Shown here: piece after piece, positions 46,913-58,048 of the stretch
How positions within the stretch are numbered: position 1 is the stretch's first letter
Layout: every line of letters begins with the position of its first letter
Source: Thermosediminibacterales bacterium
GTDB lineage: Bacteria > Bacillota > Thermosediminibacteria > Koleobacterales > JARRCM01
DNA: 64,000 nt
Direction of reading: 5' to 3'
Assembly (NCBI GenBank): GCA_029982205.1
Contig: JARRCM010000002.1
Span: 20,296-84,295, forward strand
Program-made: the position numbers and the translations under genes
The notes under the pieces: model-generated
The model's input: only the letters and a program-made list of their open reading frames with translations
The model's database searches: none
Told to the model about the DNA's origin: nothing

Positions 46913-49042
46913 TTAAATTTTTTCTTTATACCTTAATGCTCTTGTTGAATTATATATCGCAAGCAATGCTACACCCACATCTGCAAAAACGGCCTCCCAC
47001 ATTGTCGCCATACCCATGGAACCGAATATAAAGAATATTCCTTTGACCCCTAAGGCAAATGTTATATTTTGTTTAATAATTTGCTTAGTATGGTTTGCAA
47101 TATTAACTGCAGTCGCCATTTTTGAAGGCATGTCATCCATTATAACTACATCTGCCGCCTCTATGGCTGCATCAGAACCTAATCCGCCCATAGCAACTCC
47201 AATATCTGCCCGGGTTATTACAGGAGCGTCATTAATACCGTCACCCACAAACGCAAGTTTTTCATTAGGGGCAAGATTTTCCATAAGTTTTTCTATAATA
47301 GATACTTTGTCTTGAGGAAGTAGTCTTGAAAACACCTCATCTATCCCCAATCTTGAAGCAACACTTTCAGCCACCGAGGTATCGTCACCTGTCAGTATAA
47401 TCGTTTTAATACCGTATTTTTTCAATCTGGCTACTGCTTTTGCTGAATCTTCCTTAATTTCATCTGATATAACAATATATCCTGCAAATTTTCCGTCAAC
47501 AGCAACATAAACTACTGTTCCTTCAACATCACACTCATTATAGGGAATATTTTCTTTGCGAAGCAAACGGTCGTTACCGGCCAAAACTATTTTCCCATCG
47601 TATTTTGCCCTAATACCGTGACCAGAAATCTCCTCATATTCTTCAATTTGGTTGTTTGGAATATCCCCTTTATATGCCTCGATAATTGATTTTGCGATAG
47701 GGTGATTTGAGTTGACTTCCGCTATAGCGGCATATTTTAATAGTTCATTTTCGGAAAAACCGTTTTGGGGTTGAACTTCACTAACTTTGAAAACTCCTTT
47801 TGTTAAGGTACCGGTTTTATCAAATACAACAGTTTTAAGGTCAGTCAAAGCATCTAAGAAGTTTGCCCCTTTTACCAATATTCCTTTTTTAGAAGCCGCC
47901 CCTATACCACCAAAATAGCCAAGCGGAATTGAGACAACTAGTGCACAGGGACAGGAAATAACCAGAAGAATAAGTGCCCTGTAAAGCCAATCCGAAAAAG
48001 CTGCTCCCGGTATAACAATAGGTGGAATTGCCGCCAGAGCTAATGCTCCAATAACAACAGCCGGTGTATAATACCTCGAAAATTTCGTGATAAATTTTTC
48101 AGTTGGCGCTTTTTTGCCTGCTGCGTTTTCTACTAAATCAAGAATTTTAGCCACTGAAGAATCTTCAAAGGTTTTTGTAACCTCAACAGTCAACAGCCCA
48201 TTTGTGTTAATCATTCCCGCAAGCACTTCTTCCCCTTTTTCTACTTTACTGGGTATCGACTCACCTGTAAGGGCTGAAGTGTCAAGAAAAGATGAACCTT
48301 CTATCACAACACCGTCAAGAGGAACTTTTTCACCAGGTTTTACAATGATTATATCTCCCACATTTACGCTTTCTGGTGAAACTTTTTTAACATCTCCGTT
48401 TATTTTTAAATTAGCATATTCGGGCTTAATATTCAATAAAGCTTTGATAGACTTCCTTGTTCTGTTTACTGCCAGCTTCTGAAAAAATTCACCCACATAG
48501 AAAAACAACATTACAGCTACTGCTTCCGGTAGTTCATGGACAGCAATTGCACCAATTGTAGCGATTGTCATTAAAAAGTTTTCATCAAACACATTGCCCC
48601 TTGTAATATTTTTAAGAGCACTAATTAAAATATTCCAACCCACCAGAAAATATGATATCAAAAAAACTGCATACTCAGCTATAGCAAAAGGAGTATTGTA
48701 AAGCTGTTTTCTGTAAATCAAACCGGCTAATAACAGCAAAAAAGAAACTCCCATAACTGCCAATTGTTTTTTAATGTTCATATCTTCCTCATGTTCATTT
48801 TCAAACCTTTTTGCGGGCACCAGTTTTACTCCCGGTTCTATGTTATCTATAATTTTCTGTGCTTTAGGAACGTGTTCTTCTTCTAAAAATATGGATTTAG
48901 CTGCGAAATTAAGTTCAACATAACCCATATTTTCCTGTTCCTTAAGGGTTTTTTCAGTTTTAGCCGCACAGTTGGCACAGTCAAGACCTTCCAGTAAGTA
49001 TTTACGCTTTTGTAATTTTTGTCCCTGAACAATGTTCTTCAT
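46913..49042 (-). CDS. Heavy-metal translocating P1B-type ATPase (Cd/Zn/Co-type)
   Basis: 709 aa with the N-terminal HMA motif GLDCANCAAK, TM6 SCPCALV, DKTGTLT, SNHPIAKS and GDGINDAP. Confidence 0.9.
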   Translation of the reverse strand: MKNIVQGQKLQKRKYLLEGLDCANCAAKTEKTLKEQENMGYVELNFAAKSIFLEEEHVPKAQKIIDNIEPGVKLVPAKRFENEHEEDMNIKKQLAVMGVSFLLLLAGLIYRKQLYNTPFAIAEYAVFLISYFLVGWNILISALKNITRGNVFDENFLMTIATIGAIAVHELPEAVAVMLFFYVGEFFQKLAVNRTRKSIKALLNIKPEYANLKINGDVKKVSPESVNVGDIIIVKPGEKVPLDGVVIEGSSFLDTSALTGESIPSKVEKGEEVLAGMINTNGLLTVEVTKTFEDSSVAKILDLVENAAGKKAPTEKFITKFSRYYTPAVVIGALALAAIPPIVIPGAAFSDWLYRALILLVISCPCALVVSIPLGYFGGIGAASKKGILVKGANFLDALTDLKTVVFDKTGTLTKGVFKVSEVQPQNGFSENELLKYAAIAEVNSNHPIAKSIIEAYKGDIPNNQIEEYEEISGHGIRAKYDGKIVLAGNDRLLRKENIPYNECDVEGTVVYVAVDGKFAGYIVISDEIKEDSAKAVARLKKYGIKTIILTGDDTSVAESVASRLGIDEVFSRLLPQDKVSIIEKLMENLAPNEKLAFVGDGINDAPVITRADIGVAMGGLGSDAAIEAADVVIMDDMPSKMATAVNIANHTKQIIKQNITFALGVKGIFFIFGSMGMATMWEAVFADVGVALLAIYNSTRALRYKEKI

Positions 49043-49075
49043 TTTTACCCTCCCGAAATAATGGTTTATTTTTTA

Positions 49076-49099
49076 ATATATGAACATTTATTCATATAT
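49076..49099. promoter_or_regulatory. 9-6-9 perfect palindrome, candidate ArsR/CadC operator
   Basis: ATATATGAA-CATTTA-TTCATATAT lies between a TTGACA -35 box (minus strand of 49131-49136) and the ATPase ATG (49042). Confidence 0.45.
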
Positions 49100-49255
49100 T
49101 TATTTTTATTTTCACATTCTTAACCTTTTTTGTCAAGAAACAATTTATAACTTAAATCGAACTTTTTATGAAAAAACTCTCAAAAAAAGAGTGCTGATTT
49201 AAAAATTGTAAATCGCACTCCTGTTTTCTACAATATTGATTTTATTTAACAAAAC

Positions 49256-49663
49256 TTAAAGCTTTAGTTCATTATTTCTTATCTTTTCAATAAGTGTTTT
49301 AACTTTCTCCTCGATGACATCTCTTGTTTCTCTAAATTGCTCTATAGGTTTTCCTACAGGGTCTTCCAATCCCCAATCTTCCCTTAATTTACAGGGAACA
49401 TATGGGCATTGAACATTACATCCCATCGTAATCAGGATATCCAGCTCTGAGGGTATTTCTTCTAACAATTTAGGGTACTGAAAAGATAAGTCTATACCCT
49501 TTTCCTTCATCACTGCAACCGCATTTGGATTTATTTCTAATGCAGGATGTGTCCCCGCACTGTAAGGTTCAATGACATCTTTTCCGTAAAATCTTGCAAA
49601 ACCTTCAGCCATTTGACTTCTACAGGAATTACCAACACAGATAAATCCCACTTTTAATTTCAT
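49256..49663 (-). CDS. arsC: Arsenate reductase, LMW-PTPase (thioredoxin-coupled) type
   Basis: 135 aa with the CVGNSCRSQMAEG P-loop and downstream Cys residues (CNVQCPYVPC). Confidence 0.85.
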   Translation of the reverse strand: MKLKVGFICVGNSCRSQMAEGFARFYGKDVIEPYSAGTHPALEINPNAVAVMKEKGIDLSFQYPKLLEEIPSELDILITMGCNVQCPYVPCKLREDWGLEDPVGKPIEQFRETRDVIEEKVKTLIEKIRNNELKL

Positions 49664-49697
49664 TCTTTAAAATCTCTCCTATCTCATTGTTTGAGTT

Positions 49698-51245
49698 CTA
49701 CTCCCACTCTATTGTAGCAGGGGGTTTTGATGTTATATCATAAACAACCCTGTTTACTTTTTTCACCTCATTAACTATTCTGTTTGATATTCTTTCAAGA
49801 ACTTCATAAGGCAGTCTTACCCAATCAGCGGTCATTCCGTCAGAGCTGTTAACCGCCCTTAAAACAATGGGGTATGCGTATGTCCTCTCATCGCCCATAA
49901 CACCTACACTCTTCATTTCAGGCAGCACCGCAAATGACTGCCATATATCTTTATAAAGCCCGGCTTTTTTTATTTCCTCAGTTACAATTGCATCTGCTTC
50001 ACGTAAAATGTCAAGTTTTTCTTCTGTTATTTCTCCTAAAACCCTTACAGCCAAACCTGGGCCGGGAAAGGGCTGACGCCAGACTATTTCTTCAGGTAAT
50101 CCCAGTTCCTGTGCCACCAGTCTTACTTCATCTTTAAAAAGATTTCTTAAAGGTTCTATCAGCTTAAACTCCATGTCTTCCGGAAGCCCCCCTACATTAT
50201 GGTGGCTCTTTATTACAGCTGCAGTATCAGTGCCGCTCTCTATTACATCAGGGTACAATGTACCCTGCACTAAGAAATCAATTTTACCCAATTTTTCTGC
50301 TTCGTTTTCAAACACCCTGATAAATTCTTCACCTATGATTTTACGTTTTTTCTCGGGGTCTGTTACACCTTTTAACCTGTTCAGGAACCTCTTTTGAGCA
50401 TTTACCCTTATCAGGTTTATTTCAAATTTTTCTTTGAAGATTCTCTCCACGCTGTCCCCTTCACCCTTCCTTAAAAGGCCGTGGTCCACAAAAATACACG
50501 TCAATCTTTCTCCTACTGCCTTATGAACCAAAACCGCAGCAACAGAAGAATCTATGCCGCCGCTCAAACCGCATAAAACCTTTTTTTCTCCAACTACCGA
50601 TTTAATCTCTTCTACAGCAGTTTTTACAAACGACTTCATAGACCAGTCCCCTGAACATCCACATACTTTGAAAAGAAAATTATGTATAATTTCCTGACCC
50701 CTTGGAGTATGGATGACTTCAGGATGAAACTGTACGCCGTATATTTTTTTGTTCTCGTTTCCTATTACAGCAGCAGGAGTGTTTTTGGTATGAGCCATGA
50801 TTTCAAAACCTTCCGGAACCTCCTCTATGGAGTCACTGTGGCTCATCCATACTGTAGTGTTTTCATTAAGCCCATCTAAAATCTGAGAAGGTTTATCTAT
50901 TTCCAGCAGAGCTTTCCCGTATTCACCTTTTTCAGCCCTAGTAACTTTTCCGCCAAGCACATGTGATGTCAACTGCATTCCGTAACATATCCCGAAAATG
51001 GGTATTCCCAATTCAAATATATTTTTATCAATTTGCGGAGCGTTTTTAGAGTAAACACTTGCAGGCCCTCCGGAAAAAATTATACCCTTTGGGTTTAAAG
51101 ACTTGATTTTATCTATTGGTGTAGTATAAGGCATTATTTCACAGTAGACTCTAGCCTCTCTAACCCTTCGCGCTATGAGCTGGCTGTACTGGCCTCCAAA
51201 ATCTAAAATTACTACAATCTCTTTTTTTATCTGATTATGTTTCAC
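49698..51245 (-). CDS. guaA: GMP synthase (glutamine-hydrolysing)
   Basis: 515 aa with the GATase motif GICYGMQ, PP-loop LSGGIDSSV and C-terminal KPPATIEWE. Confidence 0.95.
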   Translation of the reverse strand: MKHNQIKKEIVVILDFGGQYSQLIARRVREARVYCEIMPYTTPIDKIKSLNPKGIIFSGGPASVYSKNAPQIDKNIFELGIPIFGICYGMQLTSHVLGGKVTRAEKGEYGKALLEIDKPSQILDGLNENTTVWMSHSDSIEEVPEGFEIMAHTKNTPAAVIGNENKKIYGVQFHPEVIHTPRGQEIIHNFLFKVCGCSGDWSMKSFVKTAVEEIKSVVGEKKVLCGLSGGIDSSVAAVLVHKAVGERLTCIFVDHGLLRKGEGDSVERIFKEKFEINLIRVNAQKRFLNRLKGVTDPEKKRKIIGEEFIRVFENEAEKLGKIDFLVQGTLYPDVIESGTDTAAVIKSHHNVGGLPEDMEFKLIEPLRNLFKDEVRLVAQELGLPEEIVWRQPFPGPGLAVRVLGEITEEKLDILREADAIVTEEIKKAGLYKDIWQSFAVLPEMKSVGVMGDERTYAYPIVLRAVNSSDGMTADWVRLPYEVLERISNRIVNEVKKVNRVVYDITSKPPATIEWE

Positions 51246-51315
51246 AGGATTTTAACCTCCCTTAAATTTAACCGCTTTGATAACTCAAGTATAATTATAC
51301 CATTATTAAAAGTCA

Positions 51316-51349
51316 AATAAAAATACCCCCATCAGAGAGATGAGGGTAT
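51316..51349 (-). terminator. Terminator after groEL
   Basis: The minus strand reads ATACCCTCATC-TCTC-TGATGGGGGTAT followed by TTTTTATTT. Confidence 0.65.
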
Positions 51350-51375
51350 TTTTATTAATTATTAATTATTAATTT

Positions 51376-52995
<1,620 letters not shown>

Positions 52996-53027
52996 TTATC
53001 TCAACCTCCTTCAAGATTAAATTCAGT

Positions 53028-53312
53028 TTATTCAACTATTGCCAAAATATCGCTTTGGCGAAGAATCAGGTATTCTTCTCCTTCAATTTTTACTTCAGTA
53101 CCGGCATATTTTGAGAAAATAATTCTGTCGCCTTCTTTAACTTCAAGGGGAACTTTTTTGCCATCGATAACTTCTCCCGTACCCACTGCAACAATTTTAC
53201 CTTCTTGCGGCTTTTCTTTCGCAGTATCTGGAAGAACAATACCGCTCTTTGTTTTTTCTTCACTCTCTAAAACCTTAATAACTACTCTGTCGCCTAAAGG
53301 TTTAATGTTCAC
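53028..53312 (-). CDS. groS: Co-chaperonin GroES
   Basis: 94 aa, [13 protein letters not shown].... Confidence 0.97.
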   Translation of the reverse strand: MNIKPLGDRVVIKVLESEEKTKSGIVLPDTAKEKPQEGKIVAVGTGEVIDGKKVPLEVKEGDRIIFSKYAGTEVKIEGEEYLILRQSDILAIVE

Positions 53313-53363
53313 TTAATACCCCTCCTTTGTGTTTGTTGTGTATTATTATGTATTTGTTATTTG

Positions 53364-53390
53364 TTAGCACTCGCTAGCGGCGAGTGCTAA
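53364..53390. promoter_or_regulatory. CIRCE element (HrcA operator)
   Basis: TTAGCACTC-N9-GAGTGCTAA is a perfect match, 52 nt upstream of groES. Confidence 0.9.
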
Positions 53391-53588
53391 TTCCAATTAA
53401 TATATTATTAAAAAGGCTTGCTAAAATCAACCCCCCCTTTCTAGAAAATTTAGGTATATATTTGTTATTATTCCATATTATCTTGGTATTTCTTTAATTT
53501 TCTACTGATATTTCTTTATTCCTTTTTCATATTACCCTTATTTTGGCATCCTATACTATATTGCCCATTATTATACATGTTTATTCAA

Positions 53589-53616
53589 TAAAAAACTGCC
53601 GATTTTCACCGGCAGT
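53589..53616 (-). terminator. Terminator after the molybdopterin operon
   Basis: The minus strand reads CTGCCG-GTGAAAAT-CGGCAG followed by TTTTTTATT. Confidence 0.6.
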
Positions 53617-53714
53617 TCATTTAAAATATTTCTACCAAACTTATTATTTGTCATGGATTCTGAATTTTTATAGATTTCAAAATATAACCGCTTATAAACA
53701 GCAAAAGTTTTAAA

Positions 53715-54215
53715 TTAGTTTTTTAACCTACCCCTTGCACAGTCCTCTACCTGCCCCTTTAACACATCTATCCCGTGGGGTATTGCTTTGAGTACTACCT
53801 CGAGGTTTTCCCTTACAGCTTTAGGGCTGCCGGGGAGGTTTATTATCATGGTCTTACCCCTCACACCGCATACTGCACGGGAAAGCATGGCATGGGGTGT
53901 TACGACAATACCCTTTGCCCTCATAGCTTCCGCCATTCCGGGGATTTGTTTTTCTATTACCTCAAGGGTGGCATCAGGTGTAACGTCCCGGGGGCTTAAA
54001 CCTGTCCCCCCAGTAGTAATAATAAGGTCTATTCCCTCATCACACATCTTGATAAGCTCATTTTTAATTATGTCTTTTTCATCTGGCACTACTCTGTAGT
54101 ATTTTACTTCACCTTTTATCTTTTTTACCATTTCCCTTATAACCTGGCCGCTTAAATCTTCCCGCTGTCCCCTGTATCCTTTATCGCTGGCTGTTAAAAT
54201 TCCTACAATTATCAT
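53715..54215 (-). CDS. moaB: MoaB/MogA-family molybdopterin adenylyltransferase-like protein
   Basis: 166 aa with ITTGGTGLSPRDVTPDA. Confidence 0.85.
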   Translation of the reverse strand: MIIVGILTASDKGYRGQREDLSGQVIREMVKKIKGEVKYYRVVPDEKDIIKNELIKMCDEGIDLIITTGGTGLSPRDVTPDATLEVIEKQIPGMAEAMRAKGIVVTPHAMLSRAVCGVRGKTMIINLPGSPKAVRENLEVVLKAIPHGIDVLKGQVEDCARGRLKN

Positions 54216-54649
54216 TTATTTTTGACCACCTCTATTTGGTCACCCACCTTAATTGGGCCGCCTTCTAAAACTTTTACAAAAATCCCTTCCCTGGGCATCA
54301 CACAGTCCCCTGCCTGGTAGTATATGGCACATCTTGAGTGGCACACCTTACCTATCTGTGTAACCTCTGTAAGTGTGTTGCCAATTTTAAGTTTAGTGCC
54401 TACAGGAAGTTCAATAAGATTAATGCCTTTAGTTGTGATGTTTTCTGCAAAGTCCCCGGGGTTTACATCTAAACCTTTTTCCCTCATTTTTTCTATACTC
54501 TCCAACGCAAGGAGACTCACCTGACGGTGCCAGTCACCTCCATGGGCGTCACCCTCCAGACCGAAATTCTCTACAAGAAGGCCTTCTCCTACATTCTTTT
54601 TTCTCATTCCCTTCTTGGGACTCGTGCATACAGCTACAACCTCCGCCAT
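54212..54649 (-). CDS. MOSC domain protein
   Basis: MOSC-like beta-barrel sequence. I prefer the ATG at 54649 (MAEVVAVC...), which lies 1 nt after the moaC stop and follows GAGGAGGA, over the track's start at 54679. Confidence 0.7.
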   Translation of the reverse strand: MAEVVAVCTSPKKGMRKKNVGEGLLVENFGLEGDAHGGDWHRQVSLLALESIEKMREKGLDVNPGDFAENITTKGINLIELPVGTKLKIGNTLTEVTQIGKVCHSRCAIYYQAGDCVMPREGIFVKVLEGGPIKVGDQIEVVKNK

Positions 54650-54650
54650 T

Positions 54651-55133
54651 TTAAAATTCCTCCTCTCTGTAAAAATCACCGCTTTTTCCTCCGGTTTTTT
54701 TGATAAGCCTTATATCAGATATCACCATTGCTCTGTCTACTGCTTTACACATGTCGTAAATGGTCAATAATGCTGCTGCTGCTCCGTTTAATGCCTCCAT
54801 TTCAACACCTGTTTTTCCAGTAGTTGTAACTTTAACCTCTGTTTCAATACAGTTTTCCTCTTCAACGGTTTTAAAATTTATATCTATTCCGGTGAGCATC
54901 AAGGGATGGCACATGGGAATTATATACCCCGTTTTTTTTGCAGCCATAACCCCGGCCACCTGTGCAACCGCCAGCACATCTCCCTTTTTTATACCACCTG
55001 TTTTAATACGTTCAAGTGTTTCTTTTTTCATGTAAATCCGCCCACGGGCAACAGCTTCTCTTAATGTATCCGGTTTAGAAGTTACATCTACCATCCGTGC
55101 TCTGCCCTGTTCGTTAAAATGAGTAAATTCCAT
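54651..55133 (-). CDS. moaC: Cyclic pyranopterin monophosphate synthase accessory protein
   Basis: 160 aa with MVDVTSK, IPMCHPL and EMEAL. Confidence 0.92.
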   Translation of the reverse strand: MEFTHFNEQGRARMVDVTSKPDTLREAVARGRIYMKKETLERIKTGGIKKGDVLAVAQVAGVMAAKKTGYIIPMCHPLMLTGIDINFKTVEEENCIETEVKVTTTGKTGVEMEALNGAAAALLTIYDMCKAVDRAMVISDIRLIKKTGGKSGDFYREEEF

Positions 55134-55136
55134 TGT

Positions 55137-56108
55137 TCAACCTCCAATCTGGGACATGCCGCGTTTATGCTTCTTGTTGATCCCCCATATCATGTGGTGT
55201 TCAGCAGGTTTTGCCTCTATCGCTCTTATTATGGCTTTTTGAATTTCCTTATCAGACGCTCCAGAACGCAGCAGTTCTTTGACGTCAAACTCTATGTCGG
55301 ACTCCAGGCATGGTTTTAATTTTCCATCGGCAGTAAGCCTAATACGGTTACACTTATAGCAGAAATGTTCGCTCATGGGGCTGATAAATCCTATACTGCC
55401 TTTAGCCCCTTCAACTTTATAATAGTTAGCAGGGCCGCTGCCTCTGACATCACCTGCCGGAAGGAGTTTCTCTTTTATGCTTTTTTTGATACTGTTGTTT
55501 GATACATACCCTTTTATATCAGATAAATCATTGCTAAGCGGCATCAGTTCTATAAATCTGACGTGTAATGGTAAATCTATAGTAAGATTAACAAAATCCT
55601 CAATCTCATCATCATTGAACCCCCCTGTTACAACACAGTTGATTTTTACAGGGTCTAATCCTGCTTTCAGCGCCGCATGTATGCCTTCTATCACATCCTG
55701 CAGACGACCCAGTCGTGTAATGTATTTAAACTTAGATGGGTTTAATGAATCAAGGCTTATGTTTACCCTATCCAAGCCCGCCCGGGCCAGTTTTTCAGCC
55801 TTTTGTGCCAGAAGAGAACCGTTTGTCGTCATAGAAACATCTTTTAAACCGGGTATCTGCTTTAGGGAATGTATAAATTCCTCGACTCCTTTTCTTACAA
55901 GAGGTTCTCCACCTGTTATCCTTATCCTGTCTATGCCCAATTTGACAGAATTTTTAACAACCCTTTCAAACTCTTCAAAACTTAGTATTTCATCATGTTT
56001 CTTAGATACGACACCTTCCTTCGGCATGCAATACCTGCACCTGAAGTTGCACCGGTCGGTGATGGAAATCCTCATGTACTCTATATTTCTCCCGTATTTG
56101 TCTAACAT
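55137..56108 (-). CDS. moaA: GTP 3',8-cyclase (radical SAM)
   Basis: 323 aa with CNFRCRYC, ITGGEPL and C-terminal CYKCNRIRLTADGKLKPCL. Confidence 0.95.
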   Translation of the reverse strand: MLDKYGRNIEYMRISITDRCNFRCRYCMPKEGVVSKKHDEILSFEEFERVVKNSVKLGIDRIRITGGEPLVRKGVEEFIHSLKQIPGLKDVSMTTNGSLLAQKAEKLARAGLDRVNISLDSLNPSKFKYITRLGRLQDVIEGIHAALKAGLDPVKINCVVTGGFNDDEIEDFVNLTIDLPLHVRFIELMPLSNDLSDIKGYVSNNSIKKSIKEKLLPAGDVRGSGPANYYKVEGAKGSIGFISPMSEHFCYKCNRIRLTADGKLKPCLESDIEFDVKELLRSGASDKEIQKAIIRAIEAKPAEHHMIWGINKKHKRGMSQIGG

Positions 56109-56110
56109 CT

Positions 56111-58033
56111 TTATACCCCCTTTATCACCTTACCGGTGTCTTTGGTGTCATAACCCCCCAGACCATTAATGGTTTTAATAAACTTTTCCGATTTTATTAT
56201 CTCTAGCACCCTCTGTATCCTCTCATCGTTATAGAACTCTGCCGGTATCGCAAGGTCGTATCTTTCTGTGGCTATGGGAATAAAATCTAAACCCAGTGAG
56301 CGTGCGGCAGTTAAGATGCCAAGCCCCGCATCGGCAGAACCTCCCGCCACCGCAGCTGCCACAGACATATGGGTGTATTCTTCCCTCTCATAACCCTGAA
56401 TTCTGTCCGGGGATATTTTCATCTGTCTGAGCTTAAAGTCCAGCAGCATACGTGTACCTGCACCTCTCTGCCTGTTTATAAACACAACATCTTCCCTCAC
56501 GAGGTCTTCCAATCCCTTAATACGTTTTGGATTGCCTTTTTTTACCATTATCCCCTGCAGCCGATGTGTTAAATTTACTAATACTATTTCCTTATCAGGA
56601 AGATATCTTTCTAAATATGAAATGTTGTATTCCCCTGTGGCTTCATCTAAAAGATGGATTCCCGCCATATGAGCTTCACCGCGTTTTAGTGCCATCAATC
56701 CTCCCATGCTTCCCACATGCGCCGAGGAAAGGTTTAATTGGGGATATTTTTCCTTGAGCAAACTCGCAAGGAGGTCAAGGGCTATATCATGGCTTCCCAC
56801 AGAAACAACGGTGTTTTCAACCTCTTCAACAGGTTTTAAAAGCTCAATTTCGACTTCTGCTCCTGCGGGCAAGCCCTCACACATCCTCGGAATCCTTACT
56901 ATTCCGTCAGCCCTCACCAGGGACGTAATAACACCGGCACCCCGGGATATAGGTGTTACAACGATTTTTTCTCCCACACGCCCCAGTTTTACCCTCACAA
57001 ACTCTTCAGCTCCGGTTTTAGAAGGAATCTTTCGGGAAGTAAATCCTTTTATTTTTTGCGATGCAACAGGGGATACCCCCTGTAAAGCTGCAATTATGGG
57101 TTTTGCAAAAAGCTCAAAGTTCAAAACAGCTGATACTGGATAGCCCGGCAGGCCTATCACAGGTTTGTTTTTAACAATACCTAAAATAACGGGTTTTCCG
57201 GGTTTTATGGCAACACCATGGACTATAACTTCACCAACTTCTTCTATTATGGATGCTGTGAAGTCCTCGGAACCTGCTGAAGAACCGGCATTTATAATAA
57301 CGGCGTCAAGTTTATCAACAGCAGAAAGCAGCTCCTGTTTTATTAAATTATAGTCATCCGCCAGGATAGAGCTGACTAAAGGCTTGCCGCCCTGTTCCTT
57401 TATCAGCCCGCTGATAAGCGCAGAATTAGATTCAATTATGTCTCCGGGCTTTAAGTCTGAACCCGGTTTTACAAGTTCTGTGCCTGTTGGGATAACCCCT
57501 ATCCGGGGCCTGCGCCTGACCTCTACTTCGGTTATACCGCCTGACAGCATTGCAGCTATATCCACAGGCCGTATCCTGTGGTTTTGGGGAATTATCATTT
57601 CTGTTGCCACTATGTCTTCTCCTATGGCCCTTACATGCTGCCAGGGGAAGGCAGCTGCGGTTATCTCTACACTTTCATCATCAAGGGGGTTTATATCCTC
57701 AATCATGATGACACTGTCAAACCCTTCGGGAAGAGGGTCTCCGGTATCCACAGGAATATAGTCCCTGCCCTTTTTCAATATTTTTGGAGCTGTCTCAGAT
57801 GCGCCATAGGTTGTTTCTGCTTTCACCGCTATTCCGTCCATTGCGCTTGAGTGATAATGGGGTGAAGAAGTTTTAGCAAACACAGCAGAAGCGGTAACCC
57901 TTCCTAAGGTTTCTGCTACAGGTAACCATTCTGAATCTGTGGGGCCTAAAGCCTGTTTCGAGTTCAGAGCAGAAAAAAACTTTTCATATGCCTCTTCTAA
58001 CGGCAGGTCATCTATATAAACCCTTTTAGTCAT
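56111..58033 (-). CDS. MoeA-like molybdopterin molybdotransferase fused to a C-terminal periplasmic-binding-protein-like (molybdate/tungstate-binding type) domain
   Basis: 640 aa. The first ~400 aa are MoeA-like (PHYHSSAMDGIAV, GLPGYPVSA). The last ~230 aa have a PBP-like fold pattern (VGSHD..., NRQRGAGTR). Confidence 0.75.
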   Translation of the reverse strand: MTKRVYIDDLPLEEAYEKFFSALNSKQALGPTDSEWLPVAETLGRVTASAVFAKTSSPHYHSSAMDGIAVKAETTYGASETAPKILKKGRDYIPVDTGDPLPEGFDSVIMIEDINPLDDESVEITAAAFPWQHVRAIGEDIVATEMIIPQNHRIRPVDIAAMLSGGITEVEVRRRPRIGVIPTGTELVKPGSDLKPGDIIESNSALISGLIKEQGGKPLVSSILADDYNLIKQELLSAVDKLDAVIINAGSSAGSEDFTASIIEEVGEVIVHGVAIKPGKPVILGIVKNKPVIGLPGYPVSAVLNFELFAKPIIAALQGVSPVASQKIKGFTSRKIPSKTGAEEFVRVKLGRVGEKIVVTPISRGAGVITSLVRADGIVRIPRMCEGLPAGAEVEIELLKPVEEVENTVVSVGSHDIALDLLASLLKEKYPQLNLSSAHVGSMGGLMALKRGEAHMAGIHLLDEATGEYNISYLERYLPDKEIVLVNLTHRLQGIMVKKGNPKRIKGLEDLVREDVVFINRQRGAGTRMLLDFKLRQMKISPDRIQGYEREEYTHMSVAAAVAGGSADAGLGILTAARSLGLDFIPIATERYDLAIPAEFYNDERIQRVLEIIKSEKFIKTINGLGGYDTKDTGKVIKGV

Positions 58034-58048
58034 ACGCCTTTCTCCCCT

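Noticed and set aside
53391-53714. The 320-bp ORF-free region upstream of groES, including TTGGCATCC...TTGCCC (about 53550-53575), considered as a sigma-54 promoter or sRNA locus.
   Set aside because: The GG-to-GC spacing is 17 nt rather than 11. The region is explained by the groES promoter with CIRCE and by the terminator of the upstream molybdopterin operon. I see no further structure.
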